Of a stretch of 64,000 nt of DNA, positions 26,927 through 36,593 are shown piece after piece. The position numbers and the translations under genes were made by a program. The stretch lies in assembly GCA_025934375.1 (NCBI GenBank), contig JAICYD010000015.1, positions 15,073 to 79,072 of the forward strand. The letters are read 5' to 3'. The notes beneath the pieces are model-generated. The model searched no databases. It was not told the origin of the DNA and was given only the letters and a program-made list of their open reading frames with translations. Numbering within the stretch: position 1 is the first letter of the stretch; the number at the start of each line of letters is the position of its first letter. Source of the stretch: Streptosporangiaceae bacterium (lineage in GTDB: Bacteria > Actinomycetota > Actinomycetes > Streptosporangiales > Streptosporangiaceae).

Positions 26927-27135
26927 GCTGTTCTAAGTGCCACAGGCCCCTCCCAGTCCTGCCGCGAGCAATATTTCCTGGCAGTATGCCAGAGCAAGCG
27001 GCCCGTTGCGATAACAATCGGACGACTCTGGACACCGCCTCTAACACGCAGGTAAGAACGGCGCCGCAGGCTCCCTTTTACTATTTTGTCGAACGCCGCG
27101 AGCACGGTGTTCACTTCCCGTTTTACGCGCTCATG

Positions 27136-27169
27136 CCTGAGGCCAGCGCCGGGTGGCGCTGGCCTCAGG
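27136..27169 (-). terminator. GC-rich hairpin downstream of the MFS gene
   Basis: Perfect 15-bp stem CCTGAGGCCAGCGCC / GGCGCTGGCCTCAGG with loop GGGT, 10 nt past the MFS stop codon. There is no clear U-tract, which is common in actinobacteria. Confidence 0.5.
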
Positions 27170-27179
27170 GCGGGCGGTG

Positions 27180-28700
27180 CTACGTGCCTGGCGCCGTGCC
27201 CGGATCCCCCGAGCGGAATATGGTCTGCGCTGGTTTCGCGATGACCGACAGCGGCGTGGCGACGTCTTCCAGGGACTTGCCCTCGGCGTTGACGCCGAAG
27301 AAGATCGCCACCACACCGCCGATGATCATGGCTATCGCGCCGACCAGGTAGCCGACGAACAGCGAGTTCCGGTCGTGGCCGGTGCCGATCAGGTGACCGT
27401 ACCAATGCGAGCCGAACGCGCCGAACAGCTGCGCGATCGCGAAGAATACCGCGATGGCCTGCGCCCGGACCTCCAGCGGGAAGACCTCGCTGGCGGTCAG
27501 GTAGCCGGCGCTGGCCCCGGCGGAGGCGAAGAAGAACACCACGGCCCAGGCGATCGTCTGGGTGGTCGCGGTCAGCTGGCCGTTCTTGAACAGCACGGCG
27601 GTGATGATTAGCAGCGCACCGGCCAGGATGTAGGTGCCGGAGATCATCTTCTTCCGGCCGATGGTGTCGAACAGGCGGCCCAGCGTCAGCGGGCCGAGCA
27701 GGTTCCCGGCCGCGAACGCGAAGAAGTAGTAGCCGGTGTCCGTCGCCTTGACCCCGAAGAAGAACTCCAGCACCAGCCCGGAGGTGAAGAAGATCGCGTT
27801 ATAAAGGAATGACTGGGTGATCATCAGCGCCGCGACCAGGATCGACCGGGTCGGGTAGTGCTGGAAGAGCACCTTCAGGAGGGCGAGGTAGCCCAGCCGT
27901 TCCGTCGGCCGGATCTCCAGCTCCTTGCTCTGGTCGACGGGCGGGAGCGCGCCCTTGGTCTCCGCGACGTCGTTCTCGATCTCCTGGATGGAGGCCTCCG
28001 CCTCGGCAGCCTTGCCGTGCATCACCTGCCAGCGGGGGGACTCGGGCAGGTTACGCCGCACGTAGATGATGACCAGCGCCAGCACCGGGCCGACAAGGTA
28101 GGCGATGCGCCAGCCCCACGCGGCCGCGACGTGGTTCAGCAGGAACAGGGTGGCGATGGTGCCCAGGATCGCCCCGGCCCAGTATGTGCCGTTGACCGCG
28201 AGGTCGACGCGGCCCCGGTATTTCGCCGGGATCATCTCGTCGATCGCGGAGTTGATGGCGGCGTACTCGCCGCCGATGCCCATGCCGGCGATCACCCGGG
28301 TGGCGTACAAGAAGATGAACCAGTAGCCGCCGGCGGGCGTGATCGCGGTCAGGCCGCTACCTATCAGGTAGACGCCGAGGGTCACGACGAAGAGGTTCCG
28401 CCGTCCGAGCCTGTCTGAGAGCCTGCCGAAGAACAGCGCTCCGATGACCTCGCCGATCAGGTACCACCAGGCAATGTCGGCGACGCTGCCTGCCGACATG
28501 TTCAGGGTGTTCCGCAGCGTCAGGTCCGGGCCGACGTTGCTGGCGATCGTGATCTCGAGGCCGTCGAGGACCCAGGCGACGCCGAGCGCCATCACTAGCC
28601 TCGTATGGAACCGCGACCAGGGCAGCCGGTCGATCCTGGCTGGGATAAGGCTGCGTATGTGAGGGGTGCCCCTCTCGGTCGCTGACACGCTAGTCGCCAT
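27180..28700 (-). CDS. MFS transporter (sugar-porter/metabolite:H+ symporter type)
   Basis: 506 aa, about 12 TM helices, with the MFS signature GRLSDRLGRRNLF and PESPRW after TM6. Confidence 0.85.
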   Translation of the reverse strand: MATSVSATERGTPHIRSLIPARIDRLPWSRFHTRLVMALGVAWVLDGLEITIASNVGPDLTLRNTLNMSAGSVADIAWWYLIGEVIGALFFGRLSDRLGRRNLFVVTLGVYLIGSGLTAITPAGGYWFIFLYATRVIAGMGIGGEYAAINSAIDEMIPAKYRGRVDLAVNGTYWAGAILGTIATLFLLNHVAAAWGWRIAYLVGPVLALVIIYVRRNLPESPRWQVMHGKAAEAEASIQEIENDVAETKGALPPVDQSKELEIRPTERLGYLALLKVLFQHYPTRSILVAALMITQSFLYNAIFFTSGLVLEFFFGVKATDTGYYFFAFAAGNLLGPLTLGRLFDTIGRKKMISGTYILAGALLIITAVLFKNGQLTATTQTIAWAVVFFFASAGASAGYLTASEVFPLEVRAQAIAVFFAIAQLFGAFGSHWYGHLIGTGHDRNSLFVGYLVGAIAMIIGGVVAIFFGVNAEGKSLEDVATPLSVIAKPAQTIFRSGDPGTAPGT

Positions 28701-28902
28701 CTTCTGCTCCTAACTCACCGTCCCCTACCTGAACCGCGTTCCACACTTTCCGGTTTCGTTTCCCGTATGTTTCCGGGCTATCTCCCGTTGATGTGACCTG
28801 CGTCACGTCTCTGACCTGCGCGCGCAGCCCCTTGGCGGCGGCCAGGCCTGGCCATATAGTTAGCATTGCGAACGATTCTCGGGCTGACCCGCGGAGGGTG
28901 CC

Positions 28903-29748
28903 GTGACGACAGAGAGCACCGTGACCACGTCCGCCGCGACCGTCGCCGAGGCGGTGCGCTGCACGGGCCTGACGTATCGTTTCGGCCCCCAGGTCGCCGT
29001 GAACGAGCTGGACCTGGCGATCGGGCCGGGCGAGGTGTTCGGCCTGCTCGGGCCGAACGGGGCGGGCAAGACCACGACCATCCGGATGCTAACGACGCTG
29101 CTCAAGCCGGCCGCGGGCAGCATCAGCGTCTTCGGCACCGACGTGGCCGCGCACCCGATCCGGGTCCGCCGCGTGCTCGGCTACGTGCCGCAGGCGCTGT
29201 CCGCTGACGCCAACCTGACCGGCCAGGAGAATGTCGAGCTTTTCGCGCGGCTCTTCGACGTGCCCCGCAAGGTGCGCAAGGCGCGGGTCGCGGGCGCCCT
29301 GGAGGCGATGGGCCTCACCGAGGCGGCCACCCGGCTGGCCGGCACCTACTCCGGCGGCATGATCCGGCGGCTAGAGCTAGCCCAGGCGCTCATCAACGCG
29401 CCCCGGCTGCTCGTGCTCGACGAGCCGACCGTCGGGCTGGACCCGATCGCCCGCGGCGTCGTGTGGGAGTACATCGCGCGGCTGCGCCAGTCCCACGGCA
29501 TGACCGTGCTGATGACCACGCACTACATGGACGAGGCCGACGCCAACTGCGACCGGGTCTCGCTGATGCACCGGGGCAAGATCCGCGCCACCGGCAGCCC
29601 GGCTGGGCTGAAGGGAACCCTGGGCGACGGCGCGACGCTGGATGACGTGTTTCGCCACTACACCGGCGACGCCCTGGGCGGCCAGCCGGAAGAAGGAGGC
29701 ATGCGTGACGTACGCCGCGCCCGGCGCACCGCCCGCCGACTTGGCTAG
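28903..29748 (+). CDS. ABC transporter ATP-binding protein (DrrA/ABC-2 type)
   Basis: GLLGPNGAGKTTTIRML (Walker A), YSGGMIRRLELAQAL (signature), LLVLDEPTVGLD (Walker B). Confidence 0.9.
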   Translation: MTTESTVTTSAATVAEAVRCTGLTYRFGPQVAVNELDLAIGPGEVFGLLGPNGAGKTTTIRMLTTLLKPAAGSISVFGTDVAAHPIRVRRVLGYVPQALSADANLTGQENVELFARLFDVPRKVRKARVAGALEAMGLTEAATRLAGTYSGGMIRRLELAQALINAPRLLVLDEPTVGLDPIARGVVWEYIARLRQSHGMTVLMTTHYMDEADANCDRVSLMHRGKIRATGSPAGLKGTLGDGATLDDVFRHYTGDALGGQPEEGGMRDVRRARRTARRLG

Positions 29749-30559
29749 CACAGCCGGCCCGCTCGGCGTCGCCGAGGGCCCGCTGGCCTACCTGGCCCGG
29801 CTCGGCAGCCGGGTTACCGCGCTTTGCTGGGTGGAAGTGCGCAAGATCCGGCACGACCGCACCGAGCTGTACACCCGCGCCATCCAGCCGGCGCTGTGGC
29901 TGATCATCTACGGCGAGGTGTTCACCCACGTCCGGGCGATTCCCACGCCGAAGGGCATCCCGTACCTGGCCTACCTCGCGCCAGGCATCCTGGCCCAGTC
30001 GGCGCTGTTCATCGCGATCTTCTACGGCATCCAGATCATCTGGGAGCGCGACGCGGGCGTGCTGACCAAGCTCATGGTCACTCCGACCCCGCGGGCCGCC
30101 CTGATCACCGGCAAGGCGTTCGCGTCCGGGGTCCGGTCGCTCATCCAGGGCGTCGCCATCGTGATCATCGCCGCGCTGCTCGGCGTCTCGCTCACCGCTA
30201 ACCCGCTCAAGCTGCTCGCCGCGGCGGTCATCCTCATGCTCGGCTCGGCCTTCTTCGCCTGCCTGTCGATGACGATCGCCGGCCTGGCGGTCTCTCGCGA
30301 CCGCCTGATGGGCATCGGCCAGGCCATCACGATGCCGCTCTTCTTCAGCTCAAGCGCCTTGTACCCGGCCTCGATCATGCCCGGCTGGCTCCAGGTCATC
30401 AGCGCCGTCAACCCGCTGACGTACGAGGTTGGGGCGCTGCGCGGCTTGCTGATCGGCGTCCCGACCACGTTGTGGCTGGACACCCTCGTCTTGACCGGCG
30501 CCACGGTGGCGGGCATCACGGCCGCCAGCCTCCTGCTCAACCGCCTGGCCAGCCGGTAG
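29705..30559 (+). CDS. ABC-2 type transporter permease
   Basis: Six-TM hydrophobic profile, directly after and overlapping the ATPase gene. The start is tentatively GTG 29705; the ORF is open from 29642. Confidence 0.8.
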   Translation: MTYAAPGAPPADLASTAGPLGVAEGPLAYLARLGSRVTALCWVEVRKIRHDRTELYTRAIQPALWLIIYGEVFTHVRAIPTPKGIPYLAYLAPGILAQSALFIAIFYGIQIIWERDAGVLTKLMVTPTPRAALITGKAFASGVRSLIQGVAIVIIAALLGVSLTANPLKLLAAAVILMLGSAFFACLSMTIAGLAVSRDRLMGIGQAITMPLFFSSSALYPASIMPGWLQVISAVNPLTYEVGALRGLLIGVPTTLWLDTLVLTGATVAGITAASLLLNRLASR

Positions 30560-30570
30560 GAGCGGCGCTA

Positions 30571-30598
30571 GGTCCGGCCTTTCCGGCTTCGCCGGACC
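30571..30598. terminator. Hairpin between convergent genes
   Basis: GGTCCGGC (30571-30578) pairs with GCCGGACC (30591-30598), between the permease stop and the hydrolase stop. Confidence 0.45.
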
Positions 30599-30606
30599 GA
30601 GCGCGG

Positions 30607-31371
30607 CTAGTGCCGTGCGTCGAGGAAGGCGAGGATCGCGGCGAGCATCTCGGGCCTGCCCAGAGCGTCGTGGTCGCCCGGCACGGTGGTGTACTGGGCG
30701 GACGGGATGGCTGCAGCCAGTGCGGCGGCCGAGGTGCGGGGGTCCCGTTCGCCGATCACGACGAGGGTGGGGATGGTGATCCGGGCGAGCGCTTCCGGTG
30801 GCGTTTCGACGAAGCTGTCCAAGACGAGGAGGAGCGCCTGCGGATCGACGCCGCGCTGGGCCATCCAGTCAGCCAGTGCTCGCTCCCGGGACTCGAGCGG
30901 GGCGCCCTCGATCATCGCCCTGAGCAGCCGTCGGTGGCCAGCCGTCCGGTCACTGGCCGGCCTGGTCACATCGAATCCCTGGCCGGCCACCACCGCCCTG
31001 GCCGGCCTCGCACCGCACACGAGCATCCGCAGCACTACCCGGGCGCCCATGGAGTACCCGACAAGGTCGTAGCCGTTGTCCGGCAGGCCCAGTGCCGACA
31101 CCAAGGCCCGCCCGTCGTCGGCCAGAACATCTGGTGGATAGTCCGACGCCAGGTGCGGGCGAGCGCTGGCACCGTGGCCGCGCAGGTCCGGCATGATCAC
31201 CCGGTGGCCGGGGGCGGCGAAGGCGGCGGCGAGCCCGTGGTCGATCCACTGCCGGCTGTCGCTGGAGAAGCCGTGGACGAGGACGAGCGGCCGGCCCTCG
31301 CCGACCTGCCGGTAGGCCAGTTCGACCCCGTCCGGCGCGGTGCAATGGTGGATCATCGGGTCAGGCTTCAT
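30607..31371 (-). CDS. Alpha/beta hydrolase
   Basis: LVLVHGFSSD, nucleophile elbow GYSMGA, and a C-terminal His region (VPGDHDA). Confidence 0.85.
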   Translation of the reverse strand: MKPDPMIHHCTAPDGVELAYRQVGEGRPLVLVHGFSSDSRQWIDHGLAAAFAAPGHRVIMPDLRGHGASARPHLASDYPPDVLADDGRALVSALGLPDNGYDLVGYSMGARVVLRMLVCGARPARAVVAGQGFDVTRPASDRTAGHRRLLRAMIEGAPLESRERALADWMAQRGVDPQALLLVLDSFVETPPEALARITIPTLVVIGERDPRTSAAALAAAIPSAQYTTVPGDHDALGRPEMLAAILAFLDARH

Positions 31372-31466
31372 CTCCGGACTCTAGCGTCCGGGGCGAGGCG
31401 TCCATGCCGTCGGCGGGCTGGTGGCAAGCCCGAGGTCAGAAGTCCCTTCAGACGAGCTGCACCCGA

Positions 31467-31508
31467 ATTATTTAGGCCCTCGGCGCGCGCGCCGAGGGCC
31501 TAAATAAT
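31467..31508. repeat. 42-bp perfect palindrome
   Basis: ATTATTTAGGCCCTCGGCGCG|CGCGCCGAGGGCCTAAATAAT is read directly from the sequence. It has a GC-rich core and AT-rich outer arms, and lies between divergently oriented genes. Confidence 0.95.
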
Positions 31509-31779
31509 GCGACGGCGCCGCAGCTCAGCCGCTGCGGACGGGGGCACCGCAGGGCGAACAGATCCAGCCGCGGACGGGGGCACCGCGTGGCGCAGCGCCG
31601 CCGCACAGAGCCACTTTAACATCGTTCGGTTTACGCAAACAAGTCATCTAGGTAAGAACGTCGGCTAGGTCAGGGAAGTTCCGGGATGCCCCCTCCGTCC
31701 GGGGGTGTCCGCGCACCCACCGGGAGGGCGGAGCGGCGCCCGCCTAAGCTTGAGACCGGGGTACCACAGACTGACGGGA

Positions 31780-33438
31780 ATGGCGACCATGGCTGATTTT
31801 GCTTTCACCGAGCTGCTGCCGCTCGGGCACGACGACACCGCTTACCGCAGGATCGGTGACGGCGGGGTAGTCAGCCGGGTCGCGTTGGGCAGAAAGTTCC
31901 TGGAAGTTGAGCCAGAGGTCCTCACGCTGCTAACCAGGACGGCGTTCCGTGACATCGCCCACCTCCTGCGTCCCGCGCACCTGCGGCAGCTGCGGTCGAT
32001 CCTCGATGACCCGCAGGCCTCGCCAAACGACCGGTATGTGGCTCGCGACCTGTTGCAGAACGCGAACATCGCGGCCGGCGGGATCTTGCCAATGTGCCAG
32101 GACACGGGGACCGCGATCGTCATGGGCAAGCGCGGCCAGCAGGTACTCACTGACGGGCGTGATGAAGAACACATCGCCCGCGGCGTGTACGACGCCTACA
32201 CGCAGCTGAACCTCCGCTACTCCCAGATGGCCCCGCTGACCATGTGGGAGGAGAGGAACACCGGCTCCAACCTGCCCGCCCAGATCGAGCTGTACGCGAC
32301 CGACGGGGACGCCTACAAGTTCCTGTTCATGGCCAAGGGCGGCGGCTCGGCGAACAAGTCCTACCTGTACCAGGAGACGAAGGCGGTACTGAACCCGGCG
32401 CGGATGACCTCGTTCCTGGAGGAGAAGATTCGCTCCATCGGGACGTCGGCGTGCCCGCCGTACCACCTGGCGATCGTCATCGGCGGGACTAGCGCTGAAT
32501 TCGCTCTCAAGACGGCCAAGTACGCGTCGGCGCGCTACCTCGATACGTTGCCCGGTTCGGGGGACCCGCTCGGGCACGGGTTCCGCGACGCTGAGCTGGA
32601 GGCGACGGTGCTGGGGATCACGCGCGAGATCGGGATCGGGGCGCAGTTCGGCGGCAAGTACTTCTGCCATGACGTGCGGGTCATCCGGCTGCCCCGGCAC
32701 GGCGCGTCGTGCCCGGTCGCTATCGCGGTGTCCTGCTCGGCTGACCGGCAGGCGGTCGGCAAGATCACCGAATCCGGGATCTACCTGGAAGAGCTCGAGA
32801 CGGACCCGGCGCAGTACCTGCCAGATCCCGCGTCACTGGCATCGGAGGGCGCCGGCGAGGTCGTGGAAATCGACCTGAATCGCCCAATGTCCGAAATTAG
32901 GGCGGAATTGACGAGGTACCCGGTAAAGACCCGGCTGTCGCTTACCGGGCCAATGGTGGTGGCCCGGGATATCGCGCACGCGAAGATCGCCGGGCGCCTT
33001 GACGCCGGCGAGCCGATGCCTTCGTACCTGCGCGATCACCCGGTGTACTACGCAGGGCCGGCGAAGACCCCGGCCGGGTACGCGTCCGGGTCGTTCGGGC
33101 CGACGACGGCCGGGCGGATGGACTCGTACGTGGAGCGGTTCCAGTCCCTGGGCGGCTCGCTGGTCATGCTGGCCAAGGGGAATCGCTCCGGCGCGGTCAC
33201 CCAGGCGTGCAAGCGGCACGGCGGCTTCTACCTGGGGTCGATCGGCGGCGCGGCGGCGCGGCTCGCCCAGGACTGCATAACGCGCGTTGAAGTGCTCGAA
33301 TATCCCGAGCTGGGCATGGAGGCGGTGTGGAAGATCGAGGTACGGAACTTTCCGGCGTTCATCATCGTCGATGACAAGGGGAATGACTTCTTCGCCGAGG
33401 CGTCAGGCCCCCTCCTGTCCATCGGCAGTCACCCTTAA
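31780..33438 (+). CDS. Class I (Fe-S) fumarate hydratase
   Basis: About 550 aa with [29 protein letters not shown], and a C-terminal beta-subunit-like region (GPTTAGRMD...LAKGNRS). The start is set at ATG 31780 (MATMADFAF...); the ORF is open from 31705. Confidence 0.9.
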   Translation: MATMADFAFTELLPLGHDDTAYRRIGDGGVVSRVALGRKFLEVEPEVLTLLTRTAFRDIAHLLRPAHLRQLRSILDDPQASPNDRYVARDLLQNANIAAGGILPMCQDTGTAIVMGKRGQQVLTDGRDEEHIARGVYDAYTQLNLRYSQMAPLTMWEERNTGSNLPAQIELYATDGDAYKFLFMAKGGGSANKSYLYQETKAVLNPARMTSFLEEKIRSIGTSACPPYHLAIVIGGTSAEFALKTAKYASARYLDTLPGSGDPLGHGFRDAELEATVLGITREIGIGAQFGGKYFCHDVRVIRLPRHGASCPVAIAVSCSADRQAVGKITESGIYLEELETDPAQYLPDPASLASEGAGEVVEIDLNRPMSEIRAELTRYPVKTRLSLTGPMVVARDIAHAKIAGRLDAGEPMPSYLRDHPVYYAGPAKTPAGYASGSFGPTTAGRMDSYVERFQSLGGSLVMLAKGNRSGAVTQACKRHGGFYLGSIGGAAARLAQDCITRVEVLEYPELGMEAVWKIEVRNFPAFIIVDDKGNDFFAEASGPLLSIGSHP

Positions 33439-33456
33439 TCCTGGTATCTTCCGGCT

Positions 33457-36400
33457 ATGTCCCCTATGACTGGACGCGTTATCGCGGGACGTTACCGCCT
33501 CGCTGAGCCGATTGGCCGCGGGGCGATGGGTGTTGTCTGGCGCGCCAAGGACCAGCTCCTTGACCGGGATGTCGCGATCAAGGAAGTCCGCTTCAACGAG
33601 GCACTCGGCGAAGTCGAGCGGTCCAACGCCTACAAGCGGACCCTTCGCGAGGCCCGGACCGCGGCGCGCCTCAGTCACCGGGGCGTGGTCACCGTCTTCG
33701 ACGTGGCCGAGGAAGACGGGCGGCCGTGGATCGTCATGGAGCTCATCCGCTCCCGGTCGCTGGATGAGCTGCTGGCCACCGACGGACCGATGCCGCCCGG
33801 GCGCGTGGCCAGGATCGCCCAGCAACTGCTATCCGCGCTGGCGCACGCGCACTCGGCGGGGGTGCTGCACCGGGACGTCAAGCCGAGCAACGTGCTGATC
33901 GCGACGGGCGGGCTCGACGAGCGCGCGGTGCTCACCGACTTTGGCATCGCCCAGTTCGAGGGCGACCCGCGGCTGACCCAGACGGGCATGGTCATGGGGT
34001 CGCCGGGCTTCACGGCGCCGGAGCGGATCCGGGGCGGGGACGCGACGCCCGCCTCTGACCTGTGGTCGCTCGGCGCGACGATCTACGCGGCCAGCGAGGG
34101 CCGGGGGCCTTACGAGCAGCGCGGCGGCGCGATCACCACGATGACCGCGATCATCAACGAGGACGCGCCGGTCGCGCCGTCGGCCGACCGGCTCCAGCCC
34201 GTCATCGCGACGCTGTTGCGGCGCGACCCGATGCGCCGGCCGCCGGCCGCGGTCGCCGCGAGCATGATCGCCGAGGTGCTGCCGTTGCTGCCGGAGACCC
34301 GGGGCGGCCGTGGCGGCACGGTGCTCTCGCAGTCGCCAGGCTCCGCGCGGCGGTCGCCGCTGGCTGGCCCGGTGCCACCTCCGGCGCCGTCGACGCCGGC
34401 CCGGGGGCAGGGGGCCGGATCGGTGCCGCCGCCGGCGCCTTCTGGCGTCGCCGCGACGGGGATCGACCCGCCGGCGCCCAAGGCCGCCGCGGCGAGGGCC
34501 GCGGAGGCAGCGAAGGCGGCCGAGGCCGCCAAGGCGGCGAAGTCCGACGGGGCAGGGGAAGGGGCAGGGGCAGCAGCGGCGGCGGGCGGGGCCGCGGGGG
34601 TTGCGGCGCCTAAGGGAACTGCGGAGGCCAAGGGATCTGCCGGGGCCGCGGCGAAGGTGGATGCCGCGCCGTCGGGGACGCCGGATGCTGCGGACGCGAT
34701 CGTTTCGCAGGCGGCCGGCGCTGAGGACGCGGGCGCGGCTTCGGGATCGGGATCGGCTTCGGGTCCTGACTCGGTTGAGGAGGCGCCCGACGCGGCCCTC
34801 GATGAGGCAGGGTCGCCTGAGGCTGCGCTGTCCGAGGCAGTGCCGGAGAAGGCAGGGTCGGCCAAGGAAGCGCCGGAAAAAGGGGTGCCAGATAAGGCGG
34901 GGTCGGCTAAGGAAGCGGCCCTGGCGCAGGCCGTTGCCTCCGACGGTAGCTCCGCGGGCGAGCCGGAACTCGAGCCCACGGCGCGGGGCATCCCGGTGGC
35001 CCGCGTGCCTGTCCCGGCGAAGCCGACGCCCGATAAGGCGGTTCCCGGCCAGGCGGACGCGGGCGAGTCGGGCGCCGCCCCGGCGGCCGCCAGCAGCGCG
35101 GCTGCCGGGTCAAGCGACACCGACCAGTATGCGAAGACGTCACTGACGAATTCCGGCGCGATCTTGGCGGCGGCCGAGAGCAGGAGCGCCGCCGCCGCGA
35201 GCAGTCCTGCGGGAAATGCCGCGGGAAGCGGCGCGGCGGGCCACGAGGTGACCGTGAAGGCGAGCACCGCCGCCCCGGCCAGTGCCACGCCCTCGGGATC
35301 GGCGGCTCCCGAGCCCACGGTCAAGGTGAGCACTCCGTCCACGCCCAGCGCCACCGTGAAGGCAACCACCCCGCAGGCACCTCCCGCGCCGAAGCCTGCC
35401 CCGCCGCAGCCCGCGCCGCCGCAGCCGTCTGAGAAGGACGCCTGGTGGTCCAACGCCTACCAGACGCAGGGTCCCTCGTTCTCACCGTCGCAGAACAAGC
35501 CCGCGACCCCGCACACCCCCGCACAGCCTGGCCCTGCTTCGCCCTTCTCGCAGCCAACGCACTACGCGCCGCCGGGGCGGTACACCTCGCCAGGGCGCCC
35601 GCCCGGGCCGGCCACCACCCCGCACTCGCCGCAAAACTACAACTACCAGTATCCGGCGGGCTCCAACCCGGACGGCAGCGGCGGCCGGGTCGAGTCCACC
35701 TCGCCTCCCCGTAAGGGCAGCGCCGGGAAGAAGATCCTCCTCGGCGTCCTCGCGGTGATCGTGGTCGCGGCGGTCGTCGTTGCGGCGACGCTCCTCGGCA
35801 AGCGCCACGCGTCCACGCCGAACGCGGCGAACTCATCGACGCCAGCCGGATCCAATGGCCCGTCGACCTCGGCCAGCGCAGCGGCGGGCGGCCCGGTCCC
35901 GCCGGTCACGCGGGACACGCCCACGGTCGTGCGGGCTATCGATGACCACAGCGACACGGTGCCGGCCGGCTACACGCCTTACACGCTGCACCCTTCCTCC
36001 GCTGGGACGACGGCCGGCTTCGAGCTCGACGTCCCGCCCGGATGGCAGGTTGAGCAGCAGACGCCCCAGCGGATCTTCTTCAACGCGCCGGACGGCCTTA
36101 GCAACGTTGAGGTTGACCTCACCCCGCACACCAGGCCGGACATGGTCGCCGAGGCGCAGTTCCTGAAGCAGCAGACCGTCAGCCAGGGCAAGTTCTCGCA
36201 GTACAAGGAGCTCGAGCTCGGCCCCGAGAACGTCCTCGGCACGCGGGGCGCGCTGTGGCGGTTCGACTGGACGAACCCGAAGACCGGCAGGCAGATGCGC
36301 GTGGACGACATGCTGTTCGTCTTGCAGACGCCGAACGGCCCGCAGTCCTACGCTATCTTCATGACCGCGCCGGACGGGAAAGCGGCCGGCAGCTGGAATG

Positions 36401-36459
36401 CCACGATCTTGCCGATCATCGCCAACATGATGCAGTCCTTCAAGGAGGCCAGCTCCTGA
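33457..36459 (+). CDS. Ser/Thr protein kinase with a long low-complexity linker, TM helix and extracellular sensor-like domain
   Basis: Hanks domain (GRGAMGVVW, VAIKEV, HRDVKPSNVL, DFGIA, APE). About 450 aa of Ala/Pro/Gly/Ser-rich sequence follow, then a TM helix (ILLGVLAVIVVAAVVVAATLLG) and a ~190-aa globular C-terminus. Confidence 0.85.
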   Translation: MSPMTGRVIAGRYRLAEPIGRGAMGVVWRAKDQLLDRDVAIKEVRFNEALGEVERSNAYKRTLREARTAARLSHRGVVTVFDVAEEDGRPWIVMELIRSRSLDELLATDGPMPPGRVARIAQQLLSALAHAHSAGVLHRDVKPSNVLIATGGLDERAVLTDFGIAQFEGDPRLTQTGMVMGSPGFTAPERIRGGDATPASDLWSLGATIYAASEGRGPYEQRGGAITTMTAIINEDAPVAPSADRLQPVIATLLRRDPMRRPPAAVAASMIAEVLPLLPETRGGRGGTVLSQSPGSARRSPLAGPVPPPAPSTPARGQGAGSVPPPAPSGVAATGIDPPAPKAAAARAAEAAKAAEAAKAAKSDGAGEGAGAAAAAGGAAGVAAPKGTAEAKGSAGAAAKVDAAPSGTPDAADAIVSQAAGAEDAGAASGSGSASGPDSVEEAPDAALDEAGSPEAALSEAVPEKAGSAKEAPEKGVPDKAGSAKEAALAQAVASDGSSAGEPELEPTARGIPVARVPVPAKPTPDKAVPGQADAGESGAAPAAASSAAAGSSDTDQYAKTSLTNSGAILAAAESRSAAAASSPAGNAAGSGAAGHEVTVKASTAAPASATPSGSAAPEPTVKVSTPSTPSATVKATTPQAPPAPKPAPPQPAPPQPSEKDAWWSNAYQTQGPSFSPSQNKPATPHTPAQPGPASPFSQPTHYAPPGRYTSPGRPPGPATTPHSPQNYNYQYPAGSNPDGSGGRVESTSPPRKGSAGKKILLGVLAVIVVAAVVVAATLLGKRHASTPNAANSSTPAGSNGPSTSASAAAGGPVPPVTRDTPTVVRAIDDHSDTVPAGYTPYTLHPSSAGTTAGFELDVPPGWQVEQQTPQRIFFNAPDGLSNVEVDLTPHTRPDMVAEAQFLKQQTVSQGKFSQYKELELGPENVLGTRGALWRFDWTNPKTGRQMRVDDMLFVLQTPNGPQSYAIFMTAPDGKAAGSWNATILPIIANMMQSFKEASS

Positions 36460-36593
36460 GCGGCGGGCGCGATCCCGCCCGCCACCCAGTCCAGCCGCGA
36501 TCCCTTCGCCTTGGCGACCGTCCGCGGGTCACCGGACGCGGCCGCGCGGGCCGCCGGGGCGATCTGTTCGCCCCGCCCGGCGCCCGGTAGGGG

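Noticed and set aside
27050-27060. The 11-mer AGGTAAGAACG is present both here and at 31650-31660, in two intergenic regions.
   Set aside because: An exact 11-mer shared by two sites is expected many times by chance in 64 kb on two strands. The flanks do not align, and the orientation relative to the downstream genes differs.
30472-31503. 343-aa plus-strand ORF ending inside the 42-bp palindrome.
   Set aside because: It is almost entirely antisense to the alpha/beta hydrolase gene, and its composition is low-complexity Arg/Gly/Pro-rich. I cannot exclude that its last ~40 codons (31372-31503) belong to a small transcript, but there is no evidence for coding.
3229-31779. Genomic island delimited by mobility signatures (integrase, tRNA, direct repeats) around the T7-like locus.
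   Set aside because: I found no integrase or transposase-like ORF, no tRNA and no flanking repeats. Only the synteny argument remains, and that is reported separately as an inference.
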